Shown: positions 8,969 to 18,755 of the stretch, piece by piece
Position numbering within the stretch: position 1 is the first letter of the stretch
Layout: each line of letters starts with the position of its first letter
IMG/VR virus record: IMGVR_UViG_3300046787_000353
Span: 1 to 64,000 of that record
Length of the DNA: 64,000 nt
Direction: 5' to 3' (one strand)
Source: a virus
Lineage: Duplodnaviria; Heunggongvirae; Uroviricota; Caudoviricetes
Translations under genes and position numbers: made by a program
The notes under the pieces: model-generated
Told to the model about the DNA's origin: nothing
Seen by the model: the letters and a program-made list of their open reading frames with translations, nothing else
The model's database searches: none

Positions 8969-10153
8969 TTAAAATTTATTGAAAATAGTTTCTAATGGTT
9001 TGTTATAAAAATTTTCAATAAATATAGTATTATTTTTTTTATTCCAAAAATACTCATAATGTAAATCGTGTAAATCCGTTTTACTCATTGTAAGTATATC
9101 TTTTAATCTACCTTTTATAGTAGCCATTCTTAATCTATCATCTTCTATTGTATCATAGTTGTGATTCCAATTCGGTAAGGCTACATCAAACCCAAACCTT
9201 TCAGTTAAATATTTGATTGTATTTGGCTTCGATACCATTATAAATGGTACATTCATTCGTAATGCTTTACAAGTCTTTTCACTAATGCTACACCAATCCA
9301 ATCGAGTATCCATAGTTGGCTTACAATCATTCCTATGATAGAAATGTGTTTCCGGTACTATCTCAAAGTATGTATTGATGTAATTCATAAAGTTGACATG
9401 CGATGGATAGTTGTGGTATTTCCACTTATCTGATATATCAAAGTCAATACTATTTGGAATACGTTCCAATACTTTAAAGTTTCTGAACTCAACCTCATTA
9501 TGTGGTGGTATGAACTCTCTATATAACTCCGGCTGAAATGATTCATCGGTAGAACTCCAAATGAAATCTTCATCCAGCCACCCATTCACATATAAGTAAT
9601 TCAGCAACTCTACTTTGTGGAATCTAATATGACCCGATAGAAACAATCCTTTAGATATCTTTTGAAACTTATTTGACCACCCATTCAAATCATTAAATTG
9701 ATTTATGAACTTTGGTATATACATTGATGTATGATATGCATGATGTTCAAAGAATAGGATATCATCTGATATAGGTTTCAAATTCTTATCTATGAAATAC
9801 AATTCCTTACTACATTCTTTTCTACAAAAATCATATAGCTCAATATTAATCTCTTGATTATCATAACACGATAGTTCAATGAATACATTTTTACATTCCA
9901 TTTGAAATACCTGCTTCAACTTATCCAAAAATACAGAATCTTCCATATCAATTGTACCGATTGAAAGTACTATTGATGTATTTACATCTACATTTTCAAA
10001 ATTAGTGTAATCAATTCTGAAATTCTTTTCAGAAAACGATGTGAGTAATTCCGTTAATTCATCGTATGGTTTTACATTCTGGTAATACCATTGGAATCCA
10101 CCCAATATTTTATCATCTCGTCTTAGTAACTTAACGAAGCAAACTTTTTTCAT
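8969..10153 (-). CDS. Putative glycosyltransferase, GT10 (alpha-1,3-fucosyltransferase)-like motif; paralog 1 of 4
   Basis: YFEIVPET ... SISEKTCKALRMNVPFIMV resembles the FxxFENS...YxTEK(L/I)xxAL...VPVV signature of GT10 enzymes. It shares this motif block with 10131..11219, 26730..27827 and 27969..28979. Confidence 0.45.
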   Translation of the reverse strand: MKKVCFVKLLRRDDKILGGFQWYYQNVKPYDELTELLTSFSEKNFRIDYTNFENVDVNTSIVLSIGTIDMEDSVFLDKLKQVFQMECKNVFIELSCYDNQEINIELYDFCRKECSKELYFIDKNLKPISDDILFFEHHAYHTSMYIPKFINQFNDLNGWSNKFQKISKGLFLSGHIRFHKVELLNYLYVNGWLDEDFIWSSTDESFQPELYREFIPPHNEVEFRNFKVLERIPNSIDFDISDKWKYHNYPSHVNFMNYINTYFEIVPETHFYHRNDCKPTMDTRLDWCSISEKTCKALRMNVPFIMVSKPNTIKYLTERFGFDVALPNWNHNYDTIEDDRLRMATIKGRLKDILTMSKTDLHDLHYEYFWNKKNNTIFIENFYNKPLETIFNKF

Positions 10154-11219
10154 ACTTATTTAACATTTCTGCTTTAAACAACCCAAACTGCTTTTTGTTG
10201 TAAAGATGTTTATCCTTTATTATATCTATATTGGATTGATATTTCTCTTTAATATTGTTAGAATATAATTGAGATATAATATGAGCCATTCTATCGGTAT
10301 CATCCACTATCATATCAAATTCATAATCAAATAACTCATCATACAATTTAAACCCCCACTCTTGTAATTTAGCAAATGAATTGGGTAAACAAAATGATAT
10401 GAATGGATATCCAAGAGATAATGGTTTGAATGTCTTTTCTGAAAAGTTTAAGAATTCCAAATCACCTTTGGCCGGATTAATAGAATGATAGTATATACTC
10501 TCACTAATAATTTCAGCATAATGGTTTGTATAGAAATCTAAGTTAGGTTTAACTCCTGCATTATTGAATATGTAATCAGTTCCATTACCTTTGTTATGAT
10601 ATATTGTATCATCTTGAATGTTGTAATCCAACATCTTTGGTAACTTACTATGTATATCCATCAATTGATACACATCTTTGAATTCATACGGAATCTCTTC
10701 TATTAGTAATTTACTATCAACTGCCCTCTGACTCCAATCTATATTTGATAACTCATTCAGTTTAAACATTTGTTCTAAGAATAGTAATCTATGATATCTA
10801 GCATGCCCTCCTAAATAAAAATAGTCATTGTGTTTACTATCATTCGATATAGTAAACTCCAATTCAGATACCCTAAACAATAGTGGGTCTATGTAGATAA
10901 AATTATCCTTCTCAACGGCATTTTTACTTATAACATACATCTCATTTGCACTCACCCATCTTAGAAAGTTATTCATATCCCAAAATCGTACTACAAAATC
11001 CGCAGCACTGAAATCTATAAATACTTTATCATATTCGGTGAAGTCTAAAGATAATACCAACTTATCCATTGCATAAGTTCCGGCATAAAATAGATGTAGA
11101 ACCTTCTTATCTGTATTGAATTTAGAATATAGATACTCTTTAGCAAAGTTTAACTCCACATAGGATTCATCCAAATCTACGATTTCATTATGTTTGTCGA
11201 ATATCTTAAATTCAATCAT
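10131..11219 (-). CDS. Putative glycosyltransferase, GT10-like motif; paralog 2 of 4
   Basis: YAEIISES ... NFSEKTFKPLSLGYPFISF; paralogous to 8969..10153. Confidence 0.45.
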   Translation of the reverse strand: MIEFKIFDKHNEIVDLDESYVELNFAKEYLYSKFNTDKKVLHLFYAGTYAMDKLVLSLDFTEYDKVFIDFSAADFVVRFWDMNNFLRWVSANEMYVISKNAVEKDNFIYIDPLLFRVSELEFTISNDSKHNDYFYLGGHARYHRLLFLEQMFKLNELSNIDWSQRAVDSKLLIEEIPYEFKDVYQLMDIHSKLPKMLDYNIQDDTIYHNKGNGTDYIFNNAGVKPNLDFYTNHYAEIISESIYYHSINPAKGDLEFLNFSEKTFKPLSLGYPFISFCLPNSFAKLQEWGFKLYDELFDYEFDMIVDDTDRMAHIISQLYSNNIKEKYQSNIDIIKDKHLYNKKQFGLFKAEMLNKYEKSLLR

Positions 11220-11512
11220 AGTAGTTGTTGTAAATCTCTAATCTTAGCACATTGTTCGTACTCTTCAATTGTTATAAAATAGTTCATTGCCTTATCCAAT
11301 GCAAGTCCAATGTGTTCCCTTTCTATTAAGAATACTACATTATCGGATATGTTTGATACCAGTATAGCTTGAATACTTTCTAAATCACTATTTAGTAATT
11401 TCTCACAATATCTAACTATCTCCGAATATATTACATATCGATGCTCTTTCAACCAAGCCTTAACTGATTGATTTCCTACATCGATATGTAATATTAGTGG
11501 GTTTTCATTCAT
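11216..11512 (-). CDS. hypothetical protein (98 aa)
   Basis: Minus-strand ORF. Confidence 0.45.
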   Translation of the reverse strand: MNENPLILHIDVGNQSVKAWLKEHRYVIYSEIVRYCEKLLNSDLESIQAILVSNISDNVVFLIEREHIGLALDKAMNYFITIEEYEQCAKIRDLQQLL

Positions 11513-12003
11513 ACAAATAAGTATTCCAAACCTTTAGTATTGGCACGTTTGAATACAATATCCATTTCAGATTTGGTTGTGGTTTGCTTACATTGTTTCT
11601 TATACCATTTGTATAAATCCTCCAATGTACCTTTACCACGTTGATGTTCTAATGATTTCTCCCAAAGGTCTTTACCAAACTCCTCCGCTAATTGTGCTTT
11701 AAGTGTCCAAAGAATTTTATTCTCATTCTTATGAGCTTCCTCTTCCAACTTCAATGCTCTCTTTCGGTATCTTTGTCTGGCTTCAACGGCAGCTTGAATA
11801 CGATTCTGCTCATCCGTACCCCCATAATTCTTATAAGCAGTTTCATAAGCCATTTGGGCAGTTTCTTTAAGACTTTCAACCTCACTAAACATATAAGAAT
11901 AATCAAAGTCACCATTTCGTATCTTTAGTAAAAGTGGGGCGTTAGCCTTTAAAGGTTTGGAAACTCTACCTTTGGTCCACCATCTGAATTTATTTTGCGC
12001 CAT
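11509..12003 (-). CDS. hypothetical basic coiled-coil protein (164 aa)
   Basis: Minus-strand ORF. Confidence 0.5.
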   Translation of the reverse strand: MAQNKFRWWTKGRVSKPLKANAPLLLKIRNGDFDYSYMFSEVESLKETAQMAYETAYKNYGGTDEQNRIQAAVEARQRYRKRALKLEEEAHKNENKILWTLKAQLAEEFGKDLWEKSLEHQRGKGTLEDLYKWYKKQCKQTTTKSEMDIVFKRANTKGLEYLFV

Positions 12004-12185
12004 TCTTTTTGTTTTTGTTCTAAAAAATCCATTGATTCTGAACTACCTACCAACGAATCATATTTACGATATCTATTGACAAATTGTTCTAAGCCAGATT
12101 GTTCAAACTCTTCTGTTATTTTTTCAATCGTTGGTAGGTAGCATTGATTAAATCCCATCGCCATCCTCCTCCGTATATGACTCAC
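11949..12185 (-). CDS. hypothetical protein (78 aa)
   Basis: Minus-strand ORF overlapping its neighbour. Confidence 0.35.
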   Translation of the reverse strand: MSHIRRRMAMGFNQCYLPTIEKITEEFEQSGLEQFVNRYRKYDSLVGSSESMDFLEQKQKEWRKINSDGGPKVEFPNL

Positions 12186-12366
12186 CTAATTCTTTAATAG
12201 CATCTCGCCAGCTATCATCCATATATCCACTAGCCAATGTAAGTTTGTGAAATACTTCCAATAATTCATAAATGTCCAAATCAGAATGGTCAACTTCAAT
12301 ACTTACCTTTTTATCATACATTTCGGCGGTAAATGTTGCCGGTTTTTTAAAATCTTCTATACTCAT
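12148..12366 (-). CDS. hypothetical acidic protein (72 aa)
   Basis: Minus-strand ORF. Confidence 0.4.
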   Translation of the reverse strand: MSIEDFKKPATFTAEMYDKKVSIEVDHSDLDIYELLEVFHKLTLASGYMDDSWRDAIKELGESYTEEDGDGI

Positions 12367-12377
12367 AATAATTTAGT

Positions 12378-12719
12378 TTAATCGAACCATTGTTTACGGT
12401 TAGTTTTTATATTCTTAATCCCTTCATCGGTGTATTTTGGGTCAACTCCAATCTTAGAAGCCGCTTCGGCTATCTTTTCAGCTCTATAATCATCACCTTG
12501 CTTGCCAATCTCTTTAGCTCTTTTCAACTCCTCATCACTTAACTCACTTCCTTTTGTTAGAGCAGCAAAGTTCTTAGTTTGGTACGTTCCCAATGGACGA
12601 GTAAATTGTTTTAGGTAAGCTGCTTTATCATCTAAATAAGCTAAGAAAGCATCAAAGTCCTTATCTCCCAATTCATTCAATTCCAATTCGGTTAGTTCAT
12701 TCTGTGGGTCAAATTTCAT
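12378..12719 (-). CDS. hypothetical protein (113 aa)
   Basis: Minus-strand ORF. Confidence 0.5.
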   Translation of the reverse strand: MKFDPQNELTELELNELGDKDFDAFLAYLDDKAAYLKQFTRPLGTYQTKNFAALTKGSELSDEELKRAKEIGKQGDDYRAEKIAEAASKIGVDPKYTDEGIKNIKTNRKQWFD

Positions 12720-13036
12720 TTGTTTAAATCGTTTGGTGGTAAGTTATATACTAATTCGCCATTCTCATTTACGGATGTTTGCACAAGTCCCTCTGAAACT
12801 AAATCAGCCAATGCGATACTAATTCTGTCCTTTGTAATCTCTGAACATAATTCTATGAACTCCTCATCTGTTAAGAATGCATCATTCTCTTGTTCCCATT
12901 TATACTGCATCTTAATTTGTAACTCTCTTCGTAGTTCTGATGGTGATATGAATGGCTGCTCACTAAAGAAACCATTTTCAGCCAATACATCCACTAATTC
13001 GGTTGCCATTTCCGTTATCTCATTCAATATATCCAT
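12716..13036 (-). CDS. hypothetical acidic protein (106 aa)
   Basis: Minus-strand ORF. Confidence 0.5.
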   Translation of the reverse strand: MDILNEITEMATELVDVLAENGFFSEQPFISPSELRRELQIKMQYKWEQENDAFLTDEEFIELCSEITKDRISIALADLVSEGLVQTSVNENGELVYNLPPNDLNK

Positions 13037-13358
13037 TTTTAATATTGTATATGTTATTTAATCTAATTAATATCTCGTTGAATTCATTACTACCATCTCC
13101 CAATACTTCACCTAATACCGATGTGATATCCCAATCCGAATATTTCAGTTTGATACTATCATTCATTTGTTCCAACTCAACATCGGTAGCGAATGGATAT
13201 GGCGGTTGCTCTGCCCAAAATTGTTCCTCAAGTTTGGCACGTTCTGTGAAATCTTCTTCACGCATTTGTAACCATTGTTGAAATTGCAACTCATCATCGA
13301 TGTAGTCATCTCCCATTTCCTCTTGATACTCCATAAAAAGTTCTTTGATTGCTCCCAT
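13020..13358 (-). CDS. hypothetical acidic protein (112 aa)
   Basis: Minus-strand ORF. Confidence 0.5.
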   Translation of the reverse strand: MGAIKELFMEYQEEMGDDYIDDELQFQQWLQMREEDFTERAKLEEQFWAEQPPYPFATDVELEQMNDSIKLKYSDWDITSVLGEVLGDGSNEFNEILIRLNNIYNIKNGYIE

Positions 13359-13359
13359 A

Positions 13360-13731
13360 TTATTTACTGGTTTTAATGTTTGATATAATATTTTCTAATA
13401 ATTCTACTTCATTCTGAAAGATAGTTTCTTCAAACTCATTTCTATCAGCTTCGATGAACATATTTACCATTTCAACTAATTTCTTTTGATATTCTGAATT
13501 AATTGTATTGGTTAAAGTAAATTTGTGATTAGTAATCGATACACTAAAATCTTCCACCTTTGCCCAATACGATAATCGTTTATTTACCATAAAGTATCTA
13601 CCAGTCAATGGTGCAATTTTTAAATCAGTATCAGGTTGTTCACACAACATTTTAATAACGTTGTACGTTAATTCCTCTCTCTCATTCATTTTGTAAGGAG
13701 GCCAAAGTTTTTCTTTAAAGTATTTTATCAT
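13360..13731 (-). CDS. hypothetical protein (123 aa)
   Basis: Minus-strand ORF. Confidence 0.5.
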   Translation of the reverse strand: MIKYFKEKLWPPYKMNEREELTYNVIKMLCEQPDTDLKIAPLTGRYFMVNKRLSYWAKVEDFSVSITNHKFTLTNTINSEYQKKLVEMVNMFIEADRNEFEETIFQNEVELLENIISNIKTSK

Positions 13732-13775
13732 CTGTTTTAAGTTTTAATTGTTATACAATATACGAAAAATAATTG

Positions 13776-14306
13776 TTATTTCAAAATAATTCGTTCGGTT
13801 TTTATAATATTATTATATCGAACTACAACAGTCATAGTATCACCTCGCATCTCCCATTTGGGTGCTATTACGGTATTGATACTACCATCTACTGAATTGT
13901 AGGATGATTTGTTTATAGTAGGAACTAATGCATTTACATTACTTATTAATGGTGGTAACTTAACTACCATAAACTGACCCGTATATTCATTTAGATACGT
14001 TTTTGTTATAGTGGCAATGGTATCACCTTGTCTTAGATTCCAATATAAGTTACTCTCCCATTCCACCTTAGCTCTCGGTGCCGTTGGAACTCTATCATTG
14101 ATTCTAATTGAACCACTAATGGTATGAATGTTTTGAGTTTCTTTTGAATACAATGTAAAATAATAATACCCATTCACATCTTTGGGTAAACGGGCATCTA
14201 TACTCAATTCAACTGATTCTTTTTGTGGGTATATATCTTCGGGTGTGCAACTGAACATTCCGAATGATAATATCAATAGTAGTATGTATTTCATATTATG
14301 CAACAT
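13776..14306 (-). CDS. putative lipoprotein (176 aa)
   Basis: Signal peptide with lipobox-like LSFGMFSC. Confidence 0.5.
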   Translation of the reverse strand: MLHNMKYILLLILSFGMFSCTPEDIYPQKESVELSIDARLPKDVNGYYYFTLYSKETQNIHTISGSIRINDRVPTAPRAKVEWESNLYWNLRQGDTIATITKTYLNEYTGQFMVVKLPPLISNVNALVPTINKSSYNSVDGSINTVIAPKWEMRGDTMTVVVRYNNIIKTERIILK

Positions 14307-14556
14307 AACAATGTGTATTAGTTAATGCTAATAATTTAATCACTCTAAGGTTATCCGAATCGGCTCTACTAACTGCTTCAACTAAATTGTTGTTACATAC
14401 AGCTTCTACAAACCCACCTCCAGTCATAATACCATCTCTATGCATCATAATGGAAATCATAATATCCACATTGTGTTTTGTTACATCAACTTGCCAAGCT
14501 TGGGCAAATCGAACGGCTTCTTTTTCGTAATTTTCTCTTAATAGTTGGTAGTCCAT
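14296..14556 (-). CDS. hypothetical protein (86 aa)
   Basis: Minus-strand ORF. Confidence 0.45.
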   Translation of the reverse strand: MDYQLLRENYEKEAVRFAQAWQVDVTKHNVDIMISIMMHRDGIMTGGGFVEAVCNNNLVEAVSRADSDNLRVIKLLALTNTHCYVA

Positions 14557-14558
14557 AG

Positions 14559-14744
14559 TTATAGTGTTAAATGTGATAGTTTACTTTGTAGGTTTTTCAT
14601 GTGTTTACATGGTGAGAATCTTCGGAAGCCTCTTGCTTCACATTTACAATCAACGATTTTCCAATCTTCAACTGTAACTTGGTAGTATTTTAACTTTCCA
14701 GTCTTTTTATCTCTACTACCCATTTCGGTGTATTTCCATTTCAT
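14559..14744 (-). CDS. small Cys-containing protein (61 aa)
   Basis: CKCEARGFRRFSPCKH suggests a possible zinc-binding site. Confidence 0.35.
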   Translation of the reverse strand: MKWKYTEMGSRDKKTGKLKYYQVTVEDWKIVDCKCEARGFRRFSPCKHMKNLQSKLSHLTL

Positions 14745-14745
14745 A

Positions 14746-15090
14746 TTAGATACCTTGCTCTCTTCTTAAATCATACTCTTCTTTCTCAATTTCATTATAT
14801 TCAACTACCTTTAAATAAGGTTTGAAATCGGTCATATAATAACCTCGCAATCCGGCAAAGAATAACATCTCATCGATGAACATTTTTCGAACGTAGGTCA
14901 TATCGGATGAACCAAACCCCTGGTCGGAATCCCAATCGGAATATTCATTAGCAACAATTTCTAATGAATTAAATACTGCATCGGAATAAGTAAATCCGTT
15001 ATTAGTTGGGAATTGTTTTCTGATAACATCGTATCCTTCTATTAATGAAGAACTCTCGTGAACGATTGATAAATTAAATGGTAAGCTCAT
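14746..15090 (-). CDS. hypothetical protein (114 aa)
   Basis: Minus-strand ORF. Confidence 0.5.
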   Translation of the reverse strand: MSLPFNLSIVHESSSLIEGYDVIRKQFPTNNGFTYSDAVFNSLEIVANEYSDWDSDQGFGSSDMTYVRKMFIDEMLFFAGLRGYYMTDFKPYLKVVEYNEIEKEEYDLRREQGI

Positions 15091-15146
15091 AGTTTTAAGT
15101 TTTAAAGTTTAACGTTATTGATACTCTCTCAACCTCAACAACAAAG

Positions 15147-15178
15147 TAAAGATACAAAATAGTGCTGATATTGCCAAA
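15147..15178 (-). promoter_or_regulatory. Bacteroidetes sigma-A-type promoter, class 1 (-33 TTTGGCAAT ... -7 TATCTTTA)
   Basis: Minus-strand TTTGGCAATATCAGCACTATTTTG-TATCTTTA lies upstream of the 14746..15090 start. It belongs to a repeated motif family. Confidence 0.55.
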
Positions 15179-15213
15179 TATTTGAGTAAATTTTAACAAA
15201 TATTTAACATATA

Positions 15214-15624
15214 TTAATTAATCTTATATAACTTAACCTTCCGTATCTTAGTCTGCTTATCCTTCTTACCTACCAATATATCAACCCTATTCCGATGTCG
15301 TTTATTCATCACATCCCTAATTGTATATTCGCCATCATACTTACCAGCTCCTTTAATACGAATCTTAGTTCCAAACCTATACTTACGTTTCAAATCCCTA
15401 CTAACTGCCACTATTCGGTGTCTTTTGGGGTTTCTTTCACTTATCTTGAACCCACTTGCAGTAATCAATGGTGTGGAGTCCGTTTCCTCTATCGATGGTG
15501 TATAAGTTGTAACAGTCACCACCTCCGATGGGATATCCACATTCATATCTAAATCCGAATCAGTCCGAGTCAACTCAATAGGTGATACTATTATAATAAA
15601 TGATAATATAAGGTTTAAATGCAT
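15214..15624 (-). CDS. 3D-domain protein (MltA / lytic-transglycosylase-like fold), secreted
   Basis: TASG...IVAVSRDL...FGTKIRI...GEYTIRDVMNKRHRNRVDILVG matches the three-Asp 3D domain pattern. It also has an N-terminal signal peptide. Confidence 0.65.
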   Translation of the reverse strand: MHLNLILSFIIIVSPIELTRTDSDLDMNVDIPSEVVTVTTYTPSIEETDSTPLITASGFKISERNPKRHRIVAVSRDLKRKYRFGTKIRIKGAGKYDGEYTIRDVMNKRHRNRVDILVGKKDKQTKIRKVKLYKIN

Positions 15625-15633
15625 AATCTGTGT

Positions 15634-15978
15634 TTAATAACCAACAAAAAAGTATTTCAATTCAGGCGCAAATCCATCCTTTACAATTTCAGGATAAATT
15701 TCATTCAACCAATAGTTTTCACATCTATCCAATGCATCCATAGATTCATTGTAGATATCATTAAATGAAAACCCATCACCAAACCCATGTGCACATATTG
15801 ATTTGGATATCTTACGAAGTGATTTCTCATCACCATCTTTGAATATCTGAAACAATGCGGTTTCGATGTTTTGTTTAACCTCCTTAGATATTATATCATT
15901 GTGGTCATACATCTCCTTACTCCAAGGCTTGGTAATTTCTATACCATACTTAACCTCTCTTACTTTATTTGCTCTCAT
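15634..15978 (-). CDS. hypothetical protein (114 aa)
   Basis: Minus-strand ORF. Confidence 0.5.
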   Translation of the reverse strand: MRANKVREVKYGIEITKPWSKEMYDHNDIISKEVKQNIETALFQIFKDGDEKSLRKISKSICAHGFGDGFSFNDIYNESMDALDRCENYWLNEIYPEIVKDGFAPELKYFFVGY

Positions 15979-15988
15979 AATGTTGTTT

Positions 15989-16462
15989 TTAATAGTTTGA
16001 TTTACGATTGTGTTTATATATGATACTCAATTCCTTTGTATCATAATACGCCGGTAAGTATCTCCACCCAGTTTCTCTATATTTCTTTAGAGAATCATCT
16101 TCTTTGGCAATGTATGCCAACTTACCATCATAATACACAAAGATAGCACCTGTGAATCTATTTTGTATAATGGTAGTGTATGATGATGACATTGCTGCTC
16201 CACCCATACCACCCCAACCACATGATGTGCTACCCCAACTTTGTTTTACTATATAAATGTTTATATCCTTCCAATACGAAAACGATTGGTCATCCATATA
16301 TTTACCACCTCTACTCTTTTGTATAAACAAATCCATATACTCTTTACAACTATCTTTATAGTTTGCCTCACCGGATTGTGATAACCAATTGATAACCTTT
16401 TCATAGTTAACCACCGATTGCATCACCTCACACATTTCACTCATTCCTAGCTCTGCTCTCAT
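15989..16462 (-). CDS. hypothetical protein (157 aa)
   Basis: Minus-strand ORF. Confidence 0.5.
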   Translation of the reverse strand: MRAELGMSEMCEVMQSVVNYEKVINWLSQSGEANYKDSCKEYMDLFIQKSRGGKYMDDQSFSYWKDINIYIVKQSWGSTSCGWGGMGGAAMSSSYTTIIQNRFTGAIFVYYDGKLAYIAKEDDSLKKYRETGWRYLPAYYDTKELSIIYKHNRKSNY

Positions 16463-16465
16463 ATC

Positions 16466-16831
16466 TTACTCATTTATTTCAATTAAATTAACATCATGCA
16501 AGTTTGTCGTAACCCATACATCTAATTCCTCAAATGTATCGAAGTATAAACGAACATCATCTCTCCATCCACTAGCGAATGTTATTTTTACCATTGGTCT
16601 ACGATATAATTCATCACCTCTTACTATGTATTCATCCATCTCATCCGAATCAATAAAGTAATAATCACTTTTACCCGGTATAGCCCAACCAGCCACAGTA
16701 TGTGATAAAACTATATTAGTGAATGGTAGTTTAACAATCTTTTCCGGATAAAATTTATACTTTTCTTTTAAAGTTTCTTTGAATAAAGTTACTGAAATTA
16801 TCTGGTCTTTGTTTATCTGTTTATTACTCAT
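16466..16831 (-). CDS. hypothetical protein (121 aa)
   Basis: Minus-strand ORF. Confidence 0.5.
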   Translation of the reverse strand: MSNKQINKDQIISVTLFKETLKEKYKFYPEKIVKLPFTNIVLSHTVAGWAIPGKSDYYFIDSDEMDEYIVRGDELYRRPMVKITFASGWRDDVRLYFDTFEELDVWVTTNLHDVNLIEINE

Positions 16832-16832
16832 C

Positions 16833-17297
16833 TTATCCTACTTTAGTGTAAATTGTTTCTCCGTTACTGAATCTGGCAGCAACTCCAAGTGGTTCTGAAT
16901 ATTGTGAGTAGATATTTTCGATAAATTCAACATATCCTTCACATATTGCAGTTACTAATGTATCATCAGCGTATTCATCATCTTGATATCCATTAACATA
17001 CAAGCTAACGTGCCAATCTAAATTACAACCTTCATAGTAACCACTACGAATAACAGGTGTAACATATATTTCAACCTCATCATCGCCGATGGTTACTGAA
17101 TTACTAAATGAACCTAATGATTTTGATGAATATGACCTCAATTCGTTTGGGTCAGTTTTGCCATAATCCGAAAAATCCGAATGATTGTTGAATTCCGATT
17201 CTAAGTTAGAAACTAAATCTTCATAATCGAATTCGTTTTCTAATTCAACTGCGAAAATGTGTGTAGCGTTTACGTTGTGAAAATTTGATGTAGCCAT
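16833..17297 (-). CDS. hypothetical acidic protein (154 aa)
   Basis: Minus-strand ORF. Confidence 0.5.
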   Translation of the reverse strand: MATSNFHNVNATHIFAVELENEFDYEDLVSNLESEFNNHSDFSDYGKTDPNELRSYSSKSLGSFSNSVTIGDDEVEIYVTPVIRSGYYEGCNLDWHVSLYVNGYQDDEYADDTLVTAICEGYVEFIENIYSQYSEPLGVAARFSNGETIYTKVG

Positions 17298-17333
17298 AAT
17301 TTTAAGTTTTAAGTTTTAAGTTTTATTTGTTTA

Positions 17334-17615
17334 TTAGTAGAACAATCCGTTCCACACTAACCAAGATGGTTGTTTTTTAATTCCAGCCTTTGGATTTTTA
17401 TTGCCAGATTTATATTGGGATGGCATCTCCATCGTATAACACACATTCCCGCATCTACTAACCGAAACCAACATACTACTATTTGTAGATGAATGATTAT
17501 CGGAAAATACTTTACCAACTGCTGATTTTAATTCGTTTATCTTACTCATATTTTTAGGTTTTAAGGTTAATCTCTCTCTCAATCTTATATTCAAATATAC
17601 AACATTTTGAGCCAA
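17334..17615 (-). CDS. hypothetical protein (93 aa)
   Basis: Minus-strand ORF. Confidence 0.45.
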   Translation of the reverse strand: MAQNVVYLNIRLRERLTLKPKNMSKINELKSAVGKVFSDNHSSTNSSMLVSVSRCGNVCYTMEMPSQYKSGNKNPKAGIKKQPSWLVWNGLFY

Positions 17616-17644
17616 ATGTCAAGGACTTTAACATTTATTTAACA

Positions 17645-17845
17645 TTAAAGTTCCTCAATAATTCCCAATATTTCAGCTACTATAAAGAAAGCTCCTGATG
17701 GAGTTAATAACCCGTTACATAATGCGATACCTGCAATAATTCGTAGTATTGATTTAACGATACTAATTCGAAAATGCCAATTTGTTTTTGATTCTTTTAC
17801 TTGCATATTATTTGATTTTTTATATTGTGATTTAATAGTTAACAA
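17645..17845 (-). CDS. small membrane protein (66 aa)
   Basis: Hydrophobic C-terminus. Confidence 0.35.
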   Translation of the reverse strand: MLTIKSQYKKSNNMQVKESKTNWHFRISIVKSILRIIAGIALCNGLLTPSGAFFIVAEILGIIEEL

Positions 17846-18191
17846 CTGAACGTTTACAACTGCCGGTTCTCATAGTGAACCAATTCCAATTCTCATCGGA
17901 AACGAACCTATTCCAATTAGGACCTGTAACCATACAACGTTTAGATGAATCATAGTAACAAACGTATATCTCTTTTAAACATCTACGAACCGATGAATAA
18001 TACGAAGATGGGTTACAATTTTTAGGATTATCACCTAACATCTTCACCATTAACTCCGTCCAAGTGGGAGCTGGATTATTACTCATTTCATATACTAACA
18101 AATCATATACCCTAATAAGGTATTGTTTGTTTAAGGAATCATACCCAATTTTAGATTCAAACAAATCATAATCGAAGTTTACTTTACTCAT
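17832..18191 (-). CDS. hypothetical Cys-rich protein (119 aa)
   Basis: Minus-strand ORF. Confidence 0.45.
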   Translation of the reverse strand: MSKVNFDYDLFESKIGYDSLNKQYLIRVYDLLVYEMSNNPAPTWTELMVKMLGDNPKNCNPSSYYSSVRRCLKEIYVCYYDSSKRCMVTGPNWNRFVSDENWNWFTMRTGSCKRSVVNY

Positions 18192-18349
18192 ATCTCTTAT
18201 CTTTTTTATTATACTACAATATACAACTTTTTGCCGATGCTGCCAAATATTTTAGTAGTTATTTTCAAAAAAAGCATAAGTCATTGATTACCAATAAGTT
18301 ATAAACCTATGATAATCAATGAGTTATGATATTATAAAAAATCTATATA

Positions 18350-18751
18350 TTAATCAACTAATTCGATACGAATTGTCCCATCGGGGTTAAACCATCCCTT
18401 AATTCGATAAGGATTTTTATCTGCATTGGAGGCCGATTCTAAATACCCAGTAAGGTGGGGTTTATCTCCATATTCGGCATTTTCTTTTAGGGTTCTGAAT
18501 TCAATAGTTTGAGTAATTAATGCTTTATCTGCATTCGGCATAACATTACCAAACACACCATAATCATTACTCATCGATTCACGTTGCATATTCATACTAC
18601 TGAACCCACTAATTCGTAAGTGACCTGCGGCAAGTAATCTACCCAATTTTCTATCCCAAGCTTCTTGGCTGATTCCTTCTTTCTTTGGTTTTGAGAATTT
18701 ACGTTTATCTCTTAGTTCTTGTACCTGTGTTTTACTATACCTTCTTGCCAT
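18350..18751 (-). CDS. hypothetical protein (133 aa)
   Basis: Minus-strand ORF. Confidence 0.5.
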   Translation of the reverse strand: MARRYSKTQVQELRDKRKFSKPKKEGISQEAWDRKLGRLLAAGHLRISGFSSMNMQRESMSNDYGVFGNVMPNADKALITQTIEFRTLKENAEYGDKPHLTGYLESASNADKNPYRIKGWFNPDGTIRIELVD

Positions 18752-18755
18752 CTTA

